A stretch of 64,000 nt of DNA from Kiritimatiellia bacterium (GTDB lineage Bacteria; Verrucomicrobiota; Kiritimatiellia; RFP12; UBA1067): the NCBI GenBank assembly GCA_017403825.1, contig JAFRDO010000010.1, positions 20,401-84,400 on the forward strand, written 5' to 3'. The translations under genes and the position numbers were made by a program. The number at the start of each line of letters is the position of its first letter. The first letter of the stretch is position 1. Below, one piece after another: positions 1 to 8,860 of this stretch. The notes under the pieces were generated by a model. The model worked only from the letters and a program-made list of their open reading frames with translations, searched no databases and was not told where the DNA came from.

Positions 1-1165
1 CCTTGTCGCAATACCGGTAGTCTGCCTCTCCGAGAAGTCGCTTTGGCCCATGCTCTTCGGACGCGTCCTCCAGGGAATGAGCGCCGGCTACATGAGCGTC
101 GTCATGCCGATGTACCTGACCGAGACGTTGCCGAGCGACATTCGCGGACGCGGCACAGGCGTCTTTCAGTTCTGCCTCGGCCTCGGGCTTGTCGCAGCGG
201 CCGCAACGGGATACCTCGTCGCCCGGCTCTACGGCGCGGCGGACGCGCCTGCCGACATCGTTTCAGACGCCGCCAAGTCCGCCGCGTGGAAGGTCAACTT
301 CTGGTGGACGATGGCTCCTGTCGCGGTGCTCTTCTTAGGAGCGCTTCGCCTGCCGGAAAGCCCGGTGTGGCAGAAGCGGCTGCAGGACGTGTCGAACAGG
401 ACGGACGTGACGAACGCGACGTTGCCGCGAGGATCGCTTTTCACTCGTCGCTATGTTTTGCCGTTTCTATTGGCAGTTGCGGTGCTCACGCTCAACAAGA
501 CTACGGGCATGAGCTCGATCACGAGCTATTCCGTGATGATCTTCCAGAAGGCCGGGTTCGCGGGAACGCTCGGCAACGTGGGCGACTTCGCCATAAAGCT
601 GACCAACCTCGTAGTGACACTCGTCGCGGCGTCGCTTGTGGACCGGCTGGGGCGCACATGGCTTCTCAAGGTCGGCACGGCCGGCATGACGCTGGGGCTT
701 GGCGCGATAGGCGGCGTCCTTCTGGCAATCGAGCGCTTCGGCGTCGAAGCCACCGGCGCAACGGGGCTTTTCTGCCTCGCGGCGTTCTTCGTGATGCAGG
801 TTTTCTATGCGCTCGGCCCCGGAATCTGCGTGTGGCTCGTCCTCTCCGAGCTGATGCCCTCGCGCATCCGCGCGAACGGCATGGCTATCGCGCTTTTCAT
901 GAACCAGTTCGTAGCGTGGGGTCTCGCCTCGTCGTTCCTTCCGTGGGTGAACGCCTGGGGCTGGGCGTCGATGTTCTTCTTCTTCGCCGCGAACGGCGTC
1001 CTCTACTTCATCGTCGCGCTCTTCATCCCGGAGACGAAAGGCAAGCCGCTCGACGAGCTTGAACATCTTTTTGACAGAAAGAAATGCGGGGACGGAAAGT
1101 TCGAGTTCGAAAAAGGAATGGCAGAAATCCATTCTCCAACTCCAACTCGGAACTCCAACAACTAG
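1..1165 (+). CDS. MFS sugar porter-family transporter, 3' portion (the 5' end lies upstream of the window)
   Basis: The frame is open from the window edge. The translation shows sugar-porter hallmarks (R-G-RG loop 'DIRGRGTG', 'PESP' periplasmic motif, C-terminal 'PETKGKPLDELE') and repeated hydrophobic TM stretches. The stop is TAG at 1163-1165. Confidence 0.8.
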   Translation, partial: LVAIPVVCLSEKSLWPMLFGRVLQGMSAGYMSVVMPMYLTETLPSDIRGRGTGVFQFCLGLGLVAAAATGYLVARLYGAADAPADIVSDAAKSAAWKVNFWWTMAPVAVLFLGALRLPESPVWQKRLQDVSNRTDVTNATLPRGSLFTRRYVLPFLLAVAVLTLNKTTGMSSITSYSVMIFQKAGFAGTLGNVGDFAIKLTNLVVTLVAASLVDRLGRTWLLKVGTAGMTLGLGAIGGVLLAIERFGVEATGATGLFCLAAFFVMQVFYALGPGICVWLVLSELMPSRIRANGMAIALFMNQFVAWGLASSFLPWVNAWGWASMFFFFAANGVLYFIVALFIPETKGKPLDELEHLFDRKKCGDGKFEFEKGMAEIHSPTPTRNSNN

Positions 1166-1178
1166 GAAACAACGAACC

Positions 1179-2207
1179 ATGATCACACAGACATCCATAA
1201 GCTACTACGGGCTCAACTACGTAGAACACGCCGAGGCCGACTTCAAGGAAATGAAGGCTCACGGCGTCAGCCAGGTCATACTGGCCGTCACAGAATTCGA
1301 CTTCGACTTCTGGCGGCCGAACATCCCCGCCATCGTCGCCAAGGCGCACGAGCTGGGTCTCCGCGTCCTTATCGACCCGTGGGGGAACGGCAAGTACTTC
1401 GGCGGCGAGCAGGTCTCGAAGTTCCTGCAGGACAACGTGGAAAACCGCCAGGTAAGCGCACTCACCGGTGAAAAGCTGCCCTACGCATGCTTCAACACGA
1501 ACAGCTACCGCGACTACTTCAAGAACTTCTGCACCACGCTCGCACGCGAGGCGAAGCCCGATGGCTTCTTCTGGGACGAACCGCACTACGCCTTCCCCAA
1601 GGGCATCGCCTCCATCACGGGCGGAGTGGCGGACGACTGGACGTGCTGGTGCCCCGTCTGCCGCAAGCGCTTCGAGGACTACTACGGCTACCCGATGCCG
1701 AAATACATGACGAACGACGTGAAGCAGTTCCGCTGGCGCGAGGCGCTCGTCGTCCTCTCCGAGACGTCGAAGGCGCTGAAGGAAATCGATCCAAAGCTGG
1801 AGATCACCTGCTGCGTGCACGCCACGCAGAACGGCTACTATGTCTCCGAGTACCGCGGCTACGACAACTGGGACATGGTCGGGGCCTGTCCCTACTTCGA
1901 CGTGTTCTCGACGACGATCATCAACTGGGCGCTTCCCGAGGACTTCTTTCTCGACATCACGCGCCGCACGGTCGCCATCGCCAAGAAGTACGGCAAGCAG
2001 TCCGAGCGCTGGTTCATGGGCTACTACAAGCAGCCGAAGGACTGGGCGCAGGTGGCGCGCTGGGTTGATCTCGCGGCCGCCGAGGGCGTAGACCGCATCG
2101 CCGCGTGGACCTACCGCGGCGGCTACGGCACCGTAGTCGGCGCACCCGACGCGCTGAAGCTCTGGGACACGATTGGCGAGAGCTACAGGCGGGTTTTGAA
2201 CAAATAA
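1179..2207 (+). CDS. TIM-barrel glycoside-hydrolase-like protein of unassigned family, with a 'FWDEPH...CPVC' signature
   Basis: An internal ATG at 1179 follows the transporter stop; the upstream part of ORF 1059.. overlaps the transporter. The sequence shows an alternating beta/alpha pattern, a 'WDEPH' acid-like motif and a CxxC that recurs in the GH20-like paralogs. The family assignment is uncertain. Confidence 0.5.
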   Translation: MITQTSISYYGLNYVEHAEADFKEMKAHGVSQVILAVTEFDFDFWRPNIPAIVAKAHELGLRVLIDPWGNGKYFGGEQVSKFLQDNVENRQVSALTGEKLPYACFNTNSYRDYFKNFCTTLAREAKPDGFFWDEPHYAFPKGIASITGGVADDWTCWCPVCRKRFEDYYGYPMPKYMTNDVKQFRWREALVVLSETSKALKEIDPKLEITCCVHATQNGYYVSEYRGYDNWDMVGACPYFDVFSTTIINWALPEDFFLDITRRTVAIAKKYGKQSERWFMGYYKQPKDWAQVARWVDLAAAEGVDRIAAWTYRGGYGTVVGAPDALKLWDTIGESYRRVLNK

Positions 2208-2333
2208 GACAAACAAGTAGAAAAGCAATGCTTAAGCGGCTACGGATACATCACCAAGGTGATCGACACAATCAGGGAAATCGCTGAAAAGTAGAAGTGC
2301 TTGTGATAAAGGAACGCACGGGAAGAGCCAGGG

Positions 2334-3896
2334 ATGCGAATAAATCATGTCGTTTGCATGGCGGTGGTCTTCGCTGCACCGATGTTGGCTTACGGCGGCA
2401 ATGCGGCGAATCCGGACGCGATTGAGCTTGTGCCGTTGCCGACGCCTGTGGAGTTCTCCTGCGACATGGACAGGCCCGTCGCATTCGACGCTTCGGCGTC
2501 CGTCACGGTGGCGTGCCCGGACGCGGGCTCCGTCGCGTGGCTCACGCGGCACTTCGCCGACTGGTACGGCGCGCAGGCACCGAAGGCGACGGGAGGGTTG
2601 CAGCTTGCTGCGACCGGTGCGGGCGCAATAAATTGCGCCCCTCCCGAGGGTGACGAGGCTTACGCGATTTCCGCCGATGCCTCGGGCGTCAGAATCGCGG
2701 CGCGGACGCTTGCGGGCGTCAGGTGGGCGGCGTACACGCTCCGACAGCTGGCAATTGCCAAGCGCGGCACATTCAAGACGGAGGGACGCATCCTTCCGAC
2801 GCTGAAAGTGGCAGACCGTCCGCACCTTGCCTTCCGCGCGGTGCACCTATGCTGGTTCCCGGAAGTGCGTCCCGTGCAAATGGAGCGTGCGATTCGCCTG
2901 GCCGCCCTCCTCAAGTTCAACCATGCAATCATCGAACCATGGGGCATGTACGCGAGCGAGAGGCATCCGTGGTGGCATTGGCCCAATCCAACGATGACCA
3001 AGGAGGAGGTGCGACGTCTGGCGGCGGTCGGAAGAGACCTCGGCATTACGCTCATACCGCAGATTAACGTCTATGGCCACGCCACATCCTCCCGCAGCTG
3101 CACGGTAAAGCACATGACGCTGGACATCCGGCCCGAGTATGAGCCGCTTTTCGAGCCAGGAGGCTGGAACTGGTGCCTTTCCAACCCAGAGACGCAGCGC
3201 GTGCTGCGCGAGCTGATCGCCGAAATGCACGACAACTTCGGGCGCCCGCCGTACTTCCACCTCGGCTGCGACGAAGCCCAGCCGCCGTCATGTCCAGAGT
3301 GCCGCAAGACGCCCTACGCCGAACTTGTATGCAGGCACATCGCCGACCTCGCCGACTTTGTGAAAGCTCGCGGTGCGCGCGCGATGATCTGGCACGACAT
3401 GCTTCTTGAACGCGGCGATCCGCGCTGGGAGGGCTACGTGCACCATGGCACGAAAGCGACAGCCACGCTCGCGGATACGCTTCCGAAGGACGTAATCATC
3501 TGCGACTGGCAGTACTCCTACGGCGACATGAAGGAGACTCGAAAGGACTGGCCGACGATGGCATACTTCAAGGGGAAGGGATTCCCTGTCGCCGGCTGCC
3601 CGTGGATGAACTACAACGCGATGAAGCCGATGGCCGACTACGTTGCCGAGATCGGCGGCTTCGGGTTTGTCGAGACCACGTGGCATCACTTGCGCGGAGA
3701 CGATTGGGTGAAGATGTACAAGTTCGCGTCCGCCGCCGCGTGGGGAACGGACGTCCCGAAACGTCCACCGATGTACGACACCGCTTTTGGCAATGCACTG
3801 CGCCTTGTCGGGCAGGACATGAAGGTGACGGACTACCTAGACACCGGTCACCTCAACTATCAGGTGCCGCCCGCCTGGTGGATCGACAACAACTGA
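2334..3896 (+). CDS. Secreted GH20-like beta-N-acetylhexosaminidase-family hydrolase (paralog A)
   Basis: It has an N-terminal signal peptide. The block 'KVADRPHLAFRAVHLCW...NHAIIEPWG...ITLIPQINVYGHA' resembles the GH20 catalytic TIM barrel, 'FHLGCDEA' resembles the GH20 HxGGDE motif, and 'CPEC' follows it. It is paralogous to 9785..11332. Confidence 0.6.
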   Translation: MRINHVVCMAVVFAAPMLAYGGNAANPDAIELVPLPTPVEFSCDMDRPVAFDASASVTVACPDAGSVAWLTRHFADWYGAQAPKATGGLQLAATGAGAINCAPPEGDEAYAISADASGVRIAARTLAGVRWAAYTLRQLAIAKRGTFKTEGRILPTLKVADRPHLAFRAVHLCWFPEVRPVQMERAIRLAALLKFNHAIIEPWGMYASERHPWWHWPNPTMTKEEVRRLAAVGRDLGITLIPQINVYGHATSSRSCTVKHMTLDIRPEYEPLFEPGGWNWCLSNPETQRVLRELIAEMHDNFGRPPYFHLGCDEAQPPSCPECRKTPYAELVCRHIADLADFVKARGARAMIWHDMLLERGDPRWEGYVHHGTKATATLADTLPKDVIICDWQYSYGDMKETRKDWPTMAYFKGKGFPVAGCPWMNYNAMKPMADYVAEIGGFGFVETTWHHLRGDDWVKMYKFASAAAWGTDVPKRPPMYDTAFGNALRLVGQDMKVTDYLDTGHLNYQVPPAWWIDNN

Positions 3897-4054
3897 CGGC
3901 AAGCCGATGTTGACCGCCATCGCTGCCTGACGAGAGGTCGTCTCCGATGCCATAAAAGAGAGCTTGTCAGAAACGGATGCCATAGCCTCCTTGCTTGATG
4001 TAAGGGCGAGATGGGCTCGCCATAAAATCCACAAGCAGAAAGTGAAGGTGCGCC

Positions 4055-4546
4055 ATGAACAACAACTTCGTGAAATTCGCATTCGTCGGGATGGCCTGCG
4101 CGGCATCCTGCATGACAACGTCCGCTGCGCCAAGAGGCGGCGGCCACGGGCGCCCTGCAGGGGTGGCCCAACAGGCGCGGTCCCCTCATGTCGCACGACC
4201 TGCAGCAGTCAGGCCAAGCGCGGCAGTGCGTACCGTTCCGGCACGTCATTTCAGTCAGCCTGCCGTCGCAAGGCATGGGTACGCCCGTCCGGAACCGCGC
4301 CACCACGCGCCGCCGCCGCCCCGTGCCGTCCGCCGGCATCTCCCTCGCAATGCGCACTATTGGGCGAGACCGGCCGTTCCGATGTGGCGCGTTGGCGCGC
4401 TCCGTGCGTGGGAATGGGTCGAGGCGGAATGGGTAATCTTCGTGAACGGCGTATGCTACTACGGCGACGGCTACTACTACGACGGCTACAACTACTATTA
4501 CAACGGCGCGTACCACACAACCCCGCCGATGTCGATATTCGTGTAG
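4055..4546 (+). CDS. Small secreted hypothetical protein with a Tyr/Gly-rich C-terminus (YYGDGYYYDGYNYYYNG)
   Basis: It has a signal-peptide-like N-terminus (MNNNFVKFAFVGMACAASC) and is followed by a clear intrinsic terminator hairpin. Its composition is unusual, so the coding status is moderately supported only. Confidence 0.4.
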   Translation: MNNNFVKFAFVGMACAASCMTTSAAPRGGGHGRPAGVAQQARSPHVARPAAVRPSAAVRTVPARHFSQPAVARHGYARPEPRHHAPPPPRAVRRHLPRNAHYWARPAVPMWRVGALRAWEWVEAEWVIFVNGVCYYGDGYYYDGYNYYYNGAYHTTPPMSIFV

Positions 4547-4575
4547 CAAAACGAGTACGGCCGAGGCATGCGAGC

Positions 4576-4611
4576 CCCCGTCGGAAACGACGGGGCTTTG
4601 CTTCAGCCTTT
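4576..4611 (+). terminator. Rho-independent terminator downstream of 4055..4546
   Basis: A perfect 8-bp stem CCCCGTCG / CGACGGGG with a GAAA loop (4576-4595) is followed by a T-rich tract (CTTTGCTTCAGCCTTTT). Confidence 0.5.
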
Positions 4612-4727
4612 TGAACGCCTGAAGGATCGGGAACTGCATGCGCCGGCATAATGCAAAATGAGCCGCACCGCTTGAACAATGGCATGCGAATGTTGTATAA
4701 TGAGCGCCACACGAAGGACTGGGAATA

Positions 4728-5552
4728 ATGAACAGACAACTGATAATCGGTGCGGCGGTCGCTTTTGCGGCGTCGCTCGCCTTTGCGAAGCCCGTCACGA
4801 TGATGAGCTACAACATACGCATCGGCTGCGGTCTTAACGGAGCGTTCAAGTTGGCGCCGGGCGACCTCGGCCATCTGCCGCAGGTTGCGAAGGTCATCCG
4901 CGACGTCAACCCGGATTGGGTGGCCATACAGGAAATAGACAGCAAGACCAAGCGCGTCGGGTTCGTTGACCAGACCGCCGAACTGGCCAAGCTCTGCGGC
5001 ATGAAAGGCACTTTCGTGCGCAAGACGCTCAACACGAAGATGAACAAGTTCCGCGTGCAAAACGCCGCTACGGCCGAGGAACTTGACGGAGCTGGCGAGT
5101 ATGGCTTGGCAATCCTCTCGAAAGAGAAGCCCATCAAGGTCTCGAAGGTGCTGGTGCCTGGCTACTGCCATACACGGTGCATCGAGTTCGTGGAGTTCAA
5201 GGACTACGTGGTCGCCTGCACGCACTTTCCGCTGAAAGAGGAGCATTGTCTCGTGGCCGCCAAGGTTGCGTTGGCGAACATTGCCGACTACCGCAAGCCG
5301 GTGTTCCTGGCGGGCGACTTCAACGTTGGCCCCGAATCCAAGACGATGGCAGAGCTGAAAACGGGCATGACGATCCTCAACGATCCGGCGGTCTTCACGT
5401 TCCCGTCATCCGGGCCGCAGTGTACCATCGACTTCATCATGGTCGATACGCCTCATGCCGGGCGCGTTGCCGTAACAGAGCGGCGCGTGATCGCCGATGC
5501 GGAGGCGACGGACCACTGTGCCGTAGTAGTGAAGGCCGACTTGAACCTTTAA
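4728..5552 (+). CDS. Secreted endonuclease/exonuclease/phosphatase (EEP) family protein
   Basis: A signal peptide is followed by the N-terminal EEP motif 'MSYNIRIG' and conserved 'DWVAIQEID' and 'DHCAV' blocks typical of EEP-fold enzymes. Confidence 0.8.
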   Translation: MNRQLIIGAAVAFAASLAFAKPVTMMSYNIRIGCGLNGAFKLAPGDLGHLPQVAKVIRDVNPDWVAIQEIDSKTKRVGFVDQTAELAKLCGMKGTFVRKTLNTKMNKFRVQNAATAEELDGAGEYGLAILSKEKPIKVSKVLVPGYCHTRCIEFVEFKDYVVACTHFPLKEEHCLVAAKVALANIADYRKPVFLAGDFNVGPESKTMAELKTGMTILNDPAVFTFPSSGPQCTIDFIMVDTPHAGRVAVTERRVIADAEATDHCAVVVKADLNL

Positions 5553-5587
5553 GCGCTCGCACTCAGGTAAAACAAGGGAGAATCATC

Positions 5588-6340
5588 ATGCTGAACGACT
5601 ACGGATACATCGACAAGGCGATAGCCAATATCAAGGAAGTCGCCGATAAGCAGGAGGCCAACATCAAGGCCGCAGCGACCCTGATGGCTGATGCGATCGC
5701 CGCCGACAAGCTCATCAACGTCTATGCGGGCGGCGGACACACCACGCTCGCGATGGGAGAGATGTTCTTCCGCGCCGGCGGCCTCGCCAACATCAACCCA
5801 ATGATGGAAACCGCGCTTTCAGTCTTCAACCAGGCGCTCAAGTACCTTGAGCTGGAACGTACCGTAAACTTCGGCGCATCAATAGTGAAGTACTACGGTC
5901 CGAAGGAAGGCGACGTCGTTCTCTTCTTCCACAACATCGGCATCAATCCGGCGACGATCGACGCCGCCGAGGAGTGCAAGAAGCGCGGCTGCAAGATCAT
6001 CGCCGTCGCCTCGTCGTACTGGCAGAACGAAATGCCGAAGGACCACTTCATCCGCCACCCGAACGGCAAGAACCTCTTCGACTATGCGGACGTCTGCATC
6101 GACGACTACAACCCAGTCGGCGATGCGGTGGTGAACGTTCCCGGCATGACGACGCCCATCGGCCCCGTCTCGAACGTAGTTGACTTCACCATCGCCCACC
6201 TTCTCGAGATCGAGACATGCCGCCAGTGCGTCGAGCGCGGCATCGTGCCACCGGTCTGGAACTCGGCCAACGCCCCCGGCGGCGACGAGAAGAACGCAGC
6301 CTACCTCGCGAAGTACAAGCCGCTCGTGAAGTGTCTGTAA
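5588..6340 (+). CDS. SIS-domain protein (UPF0309-like sugar-phosphate isomerase/binding fold)
   Basis: The ATG at 5588 has an AAGGGAG RBS; the longer track ORF 5177.. overlaps the EEP gene. The 'VYAGGGHTTLAMGE' and 'AVASS' patterns fit a SIS fold. It is paralogous to 39191..39892. Confidence 0.65.
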   Translation: MLNDYGYIDKAIANIKEVADKQEANIKAAATLMADAIAADKLINVYAGGGHTTLAMGEMFFRAGGLANINPMMETALSVFNQALKYLELERTVNFGASIVKYYGPKEGDVVLFFHNIGINPATIDAAEECKKRGCKIIAVASSYWQNEMPKDHFIRHPNGKNLFDYADVCIDDYNPVGDAVVNVPGMTTPIGPVSNVVDFTIAHLLEIETCRQCVERGIVPPVWNSANAPGGDEKNAAYLAKYKPLVKCL

Positions 6341-6376
6341 CCGCTCATCAAGTGTCTGTAAACAGGAGAACGAAAA

Positions 6377-8818
6377 ATGAACATCAAGAGCATAGTGGTT
6401 GCGGCTTCGCTGATGGCGCTTTGCGCTTCTGCTTCCGACGTATCCTACCCTTACGCCTCGGGCGATACGTCGCTTGGCGATGGTGCCGTGGTCCTTACCT
6501 ACGAGGAAGGAACGACCGACGTCAAGACGCTGACGGCGACTCCGACAGATGGCGGCACGGTCTCGATCACGGGCGACGCGATGACGTTTGCCGACGACGC
6601 GGCGATCACGCTGTCCACCTCCGGAACGGTCTCCTTCGCCAGCATGGTGACGACGCTTGGCAAACTCTCCCTTTCCCGCAGCGATGGAGCGTATGTCGTC
6701 TGGACGGGAAAGGCGCTCACGCCATCTACAACGGCCTCAGGTGTTGAAGTGTTTGCGGGACTTAACCGTGATACTGATCTTGAGCATTCGTCCATCGTTT
6801 TTGTCGGTGGTGCCGACGGCCCTTGCCCTGGGCGTTTTCACTACGTGAGCGGCCCAAGTAGTGGCATCTATACGCTGAATAATGTCAGACCGGACTATAC
6901 CTATTCCATTCGTCCTCAATTGAGTGGAAATTCACCCATTACGGGCGTCCGCTGTATAACAGGTTCACGTTCGCAACAGTTCGTGGAATATCCAGACGGT
7001 TCGCTATGGAACAGCAAAGGCGCGGAACATTACTGCGGAGAGAGCCAGGCAGTGCCAGGTGGCACGCGGATTGGAAACACATCTGACCTCAAGCTTACAA
7101 AGATAATCGTCCGAAAAAAAGGAATGTCGGAAAAGGTTTGGGTGCGTTTTGACGGCGGTGTGGCGCTGGGCGGCGAAACGTCCGTAGGCGCTGGCGTCGA
7201 GGCTGTGATAGGGGCGTCCGAGGGCGATGGTGCGGTAACGCTTGCCTGTCCGATCACAGGGAATGGCGATGTCCGCATCGCCACGTCTACAGCGACAACG
7301 GCTTTTGCCGGTACGTCGTATTTCGAGCCGTTCATCAACACGTCATGGCAGATTCTTGCTACAAATCGTTCGCTTTCGGCTCTTACGAGCCTTTCCGCAC
7401 ACATGTTGGGCGGAAGCCACAATTATGTTGCGTATGCTGACGTTGGCGGCACGCCAACCGATGCCTATTACATCAAGTACAACCCAGATTCCAACACCGC
7501 CACCTGCCAGTTCCAGTATTGGACAGGAAGTGGGCTCAAATTTGTTAAAGCCCAGCTTCGGCAGAATGGAGTAAATGTAGAGATCAAGGGCGTTGCCGCA
7601 GGATATTACACCAACAGTCAGTACAACTACAACAACAATGAGCCCCATGATTTTGACAATGATTCCAACAACGCTAATTTTGCAACGTCTGCGACGGCAT
7701 CAGGATATGGTATCCATTATATCACAGCCACGTTTGCTGGGGCGACGGGTATGGGTGTCGCGAGGCTTGAAAGTACGATGAACGCTATGTTCGGTAGCAT
7801 ATTGACCTTTGATGGAAGCAATGGCCCATTGCATGTAACCGTCACCAACCAGAACGCTTTCCCCATCTGCGGCGTGGTGAACGTCGGCACGAATGCAGAC
7901 GTGGCGTTGCGGGTAAAAGGATTGGGTCTTACATCGGGCGTTTCAGGAGGCACAAGCAAGATTGTCGTCCAGCGAGGCGGCATTTTGAGCCGTGGTGGCG
8001 GAGCGAATGGCCAGATTGGAACCTATCAGGATTTTGTCCTTGACGGTGGAACGTATGAAAGCATCGACTATAATGTTTATCAGAGCTACATCACTTTGAT
8101 GAATGGGGCTCACATGATAGGTGCTTCACCTCCGAGGACGGTGTACAGCTATTCCCCGCAATATTGGAGGGTGAGAGGCACAAGCCCTTCATTTATCGAC
8201 AATGGGATTAACATTTATGGCTCAGGTACTGCAAGCGGTGGAGAGTCAAAAAGATTCAGGATTGACGTTGCGGATGTCACAGGCGATGATGATGTTGATT
8301 GCACAGTTTCAAAGATATTTCATAACGATGGCAATCAGCAGCGTTTTTCGTATTTCAGGTTCGAGAAGTTGGGCGCAGGCACCATGCTTCTTGCAGGCTC
8401 TGGTTTGGCAGTGAAGCTGGAAACGTTTGTCAGCGGCGGTACGTTCCTTCTTGGGGCGAGCGGGATTGCGACAAACGAGTTTGTGCTGTGCGGCGGTAAC
8501 CTTGCGGTGGCGGCGAACGTCACCAACAACATTGGTGCGCTCACGGTGAGCAACGCCTGCACGATTGCGGTCGGCACGGGCGGGTCGCTCTCGTTCGCGT
8601 CGTTCACGGCGGATGAAGGACTTCAGCCGAAAGCAATCACGATCGATGCGCCGTTGGAAGGCAATGTCATCAAGTTCGACACTACTCTTACGGACGAGGA
8701 GCGCAACTTATTCCGCTGGAAGGATAGCGCGGCGCCGACGGGCGCAAGGCGCGTCGATCAGGACGCGAACGGCTACCTGCATCCGCACTCCGGTGGAATG
8801 TTGATCTTTATAAAGTAG
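6377..8818 (+). CDS. Large secreted protein with autotransporter-associated beta-strand (PATR-like) repeats, paralog 1
   Basis: An AGGAGA RBS precedes the signal peptide MNIKSIVVAASLMALCASA. The body is Gly/Thr-rich beta-helix-like sequence with 'GAGTxxL.G' repeats. The N-terminal ~100 aa and the C-terminal ~60 aa are shared with 16466..18499. Confidence 0.6.
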   Translation: MNIKSIVVAASLMALCASASDVSYPYASGDTSLGDGAVVLTYEEGTTDVKTLTATPTDGGTVSITGDAMTFADDAAITLSTSGTVSFASMVTTLGKLSLSRSDGAYVVWTGKALTPSTTASGVEVFAGLNRDTDLEHSSIVFVGGADGPCPGRFHYVSGPSSGIYTLNNVRPDYTYSIRPQLSGNSPITGVRCITGSRSQQFVEYPDGSLWNSKGAEHYCGESQAVPGGTRIGNTSDLKLTKIIVRKKGMSEKVWVRFDGGVALGGETSVGAGVEAVIGASEGDGAVTLACPITGNGDVRIATSTATTAFAGTSYFEPFINTSWQILATNRSLSALTSLSAHMLGGSHNYVAYADVGGTPTDAYYIKYNPDSNTATCQFQYWTGSGLKFVKAQLRQNGVNVEIKGVAAGYYTNSQYNYNNNEPHDFDNDSNNANFATSATASGYGIHYITATFAGATGMGVARLESTMNAMFGSILTFDGSNGPLHVTVTNQNAFPICGVVNVGTNADVALRVKGLGLTSGVSGGTSKIVVQRGGILSRGGGANGQIGTYQDFVLDGGTYESIDYNVYQSYITLMNGAHMIGASPPRTVYSYSPQYWRVRGTSPSFIDNGINIYGSGTASGGESKRFRIDVADVTGDDDVDCTVSKIFHNDGNQQRFSYFRFEKLGAGTMLLAGSGLAVKLETFVSGGTFLLGASGIATNEFVLCGGNLAVAANVTNNIGALTVSNACTIAVGTGGSLSFASFTADEGLQPKAITIDAPLEGNVIKFDTTLTDEERNLFRWKDSAAPTGARRVDQDANGYLHPHSGGMLIFIK

Positions 8819-8860
8819 CTGCGCATGGCACGAGCGGTTTAACGCCTTGAGATATAGACT

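Noticed and set aside
1023-2228. 401-aa minus-strand ORF antisense to the 1179..2207 hydrolase gene
   Set aside because: It is a shadow ORF of a GC-rich coding region. The translation is Arg/Ala/Val-rich low complexity with no motifs. The sense-strand gene has clear domain-like structure and an RBS.
3964-4614. 216-aa Arg-rich ORF overlapping the small Tyr-rich protein gene
   Set aside because: Its extreme Arg/Pro composition is typical of out-of-frame translation of GC-rich DNA. The alternative frame (4055..4546) has a signal peptide and a terminator.
6328-6360. Direct duplication AAGTGTCTGTAA ... AAGTGTCTGTAA at the SIS gene stop
   Set aside because: It is a short 12-bp local duplication spanning the stop codon. 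It is probably a replication-slippage remnant and is too short to infer function.
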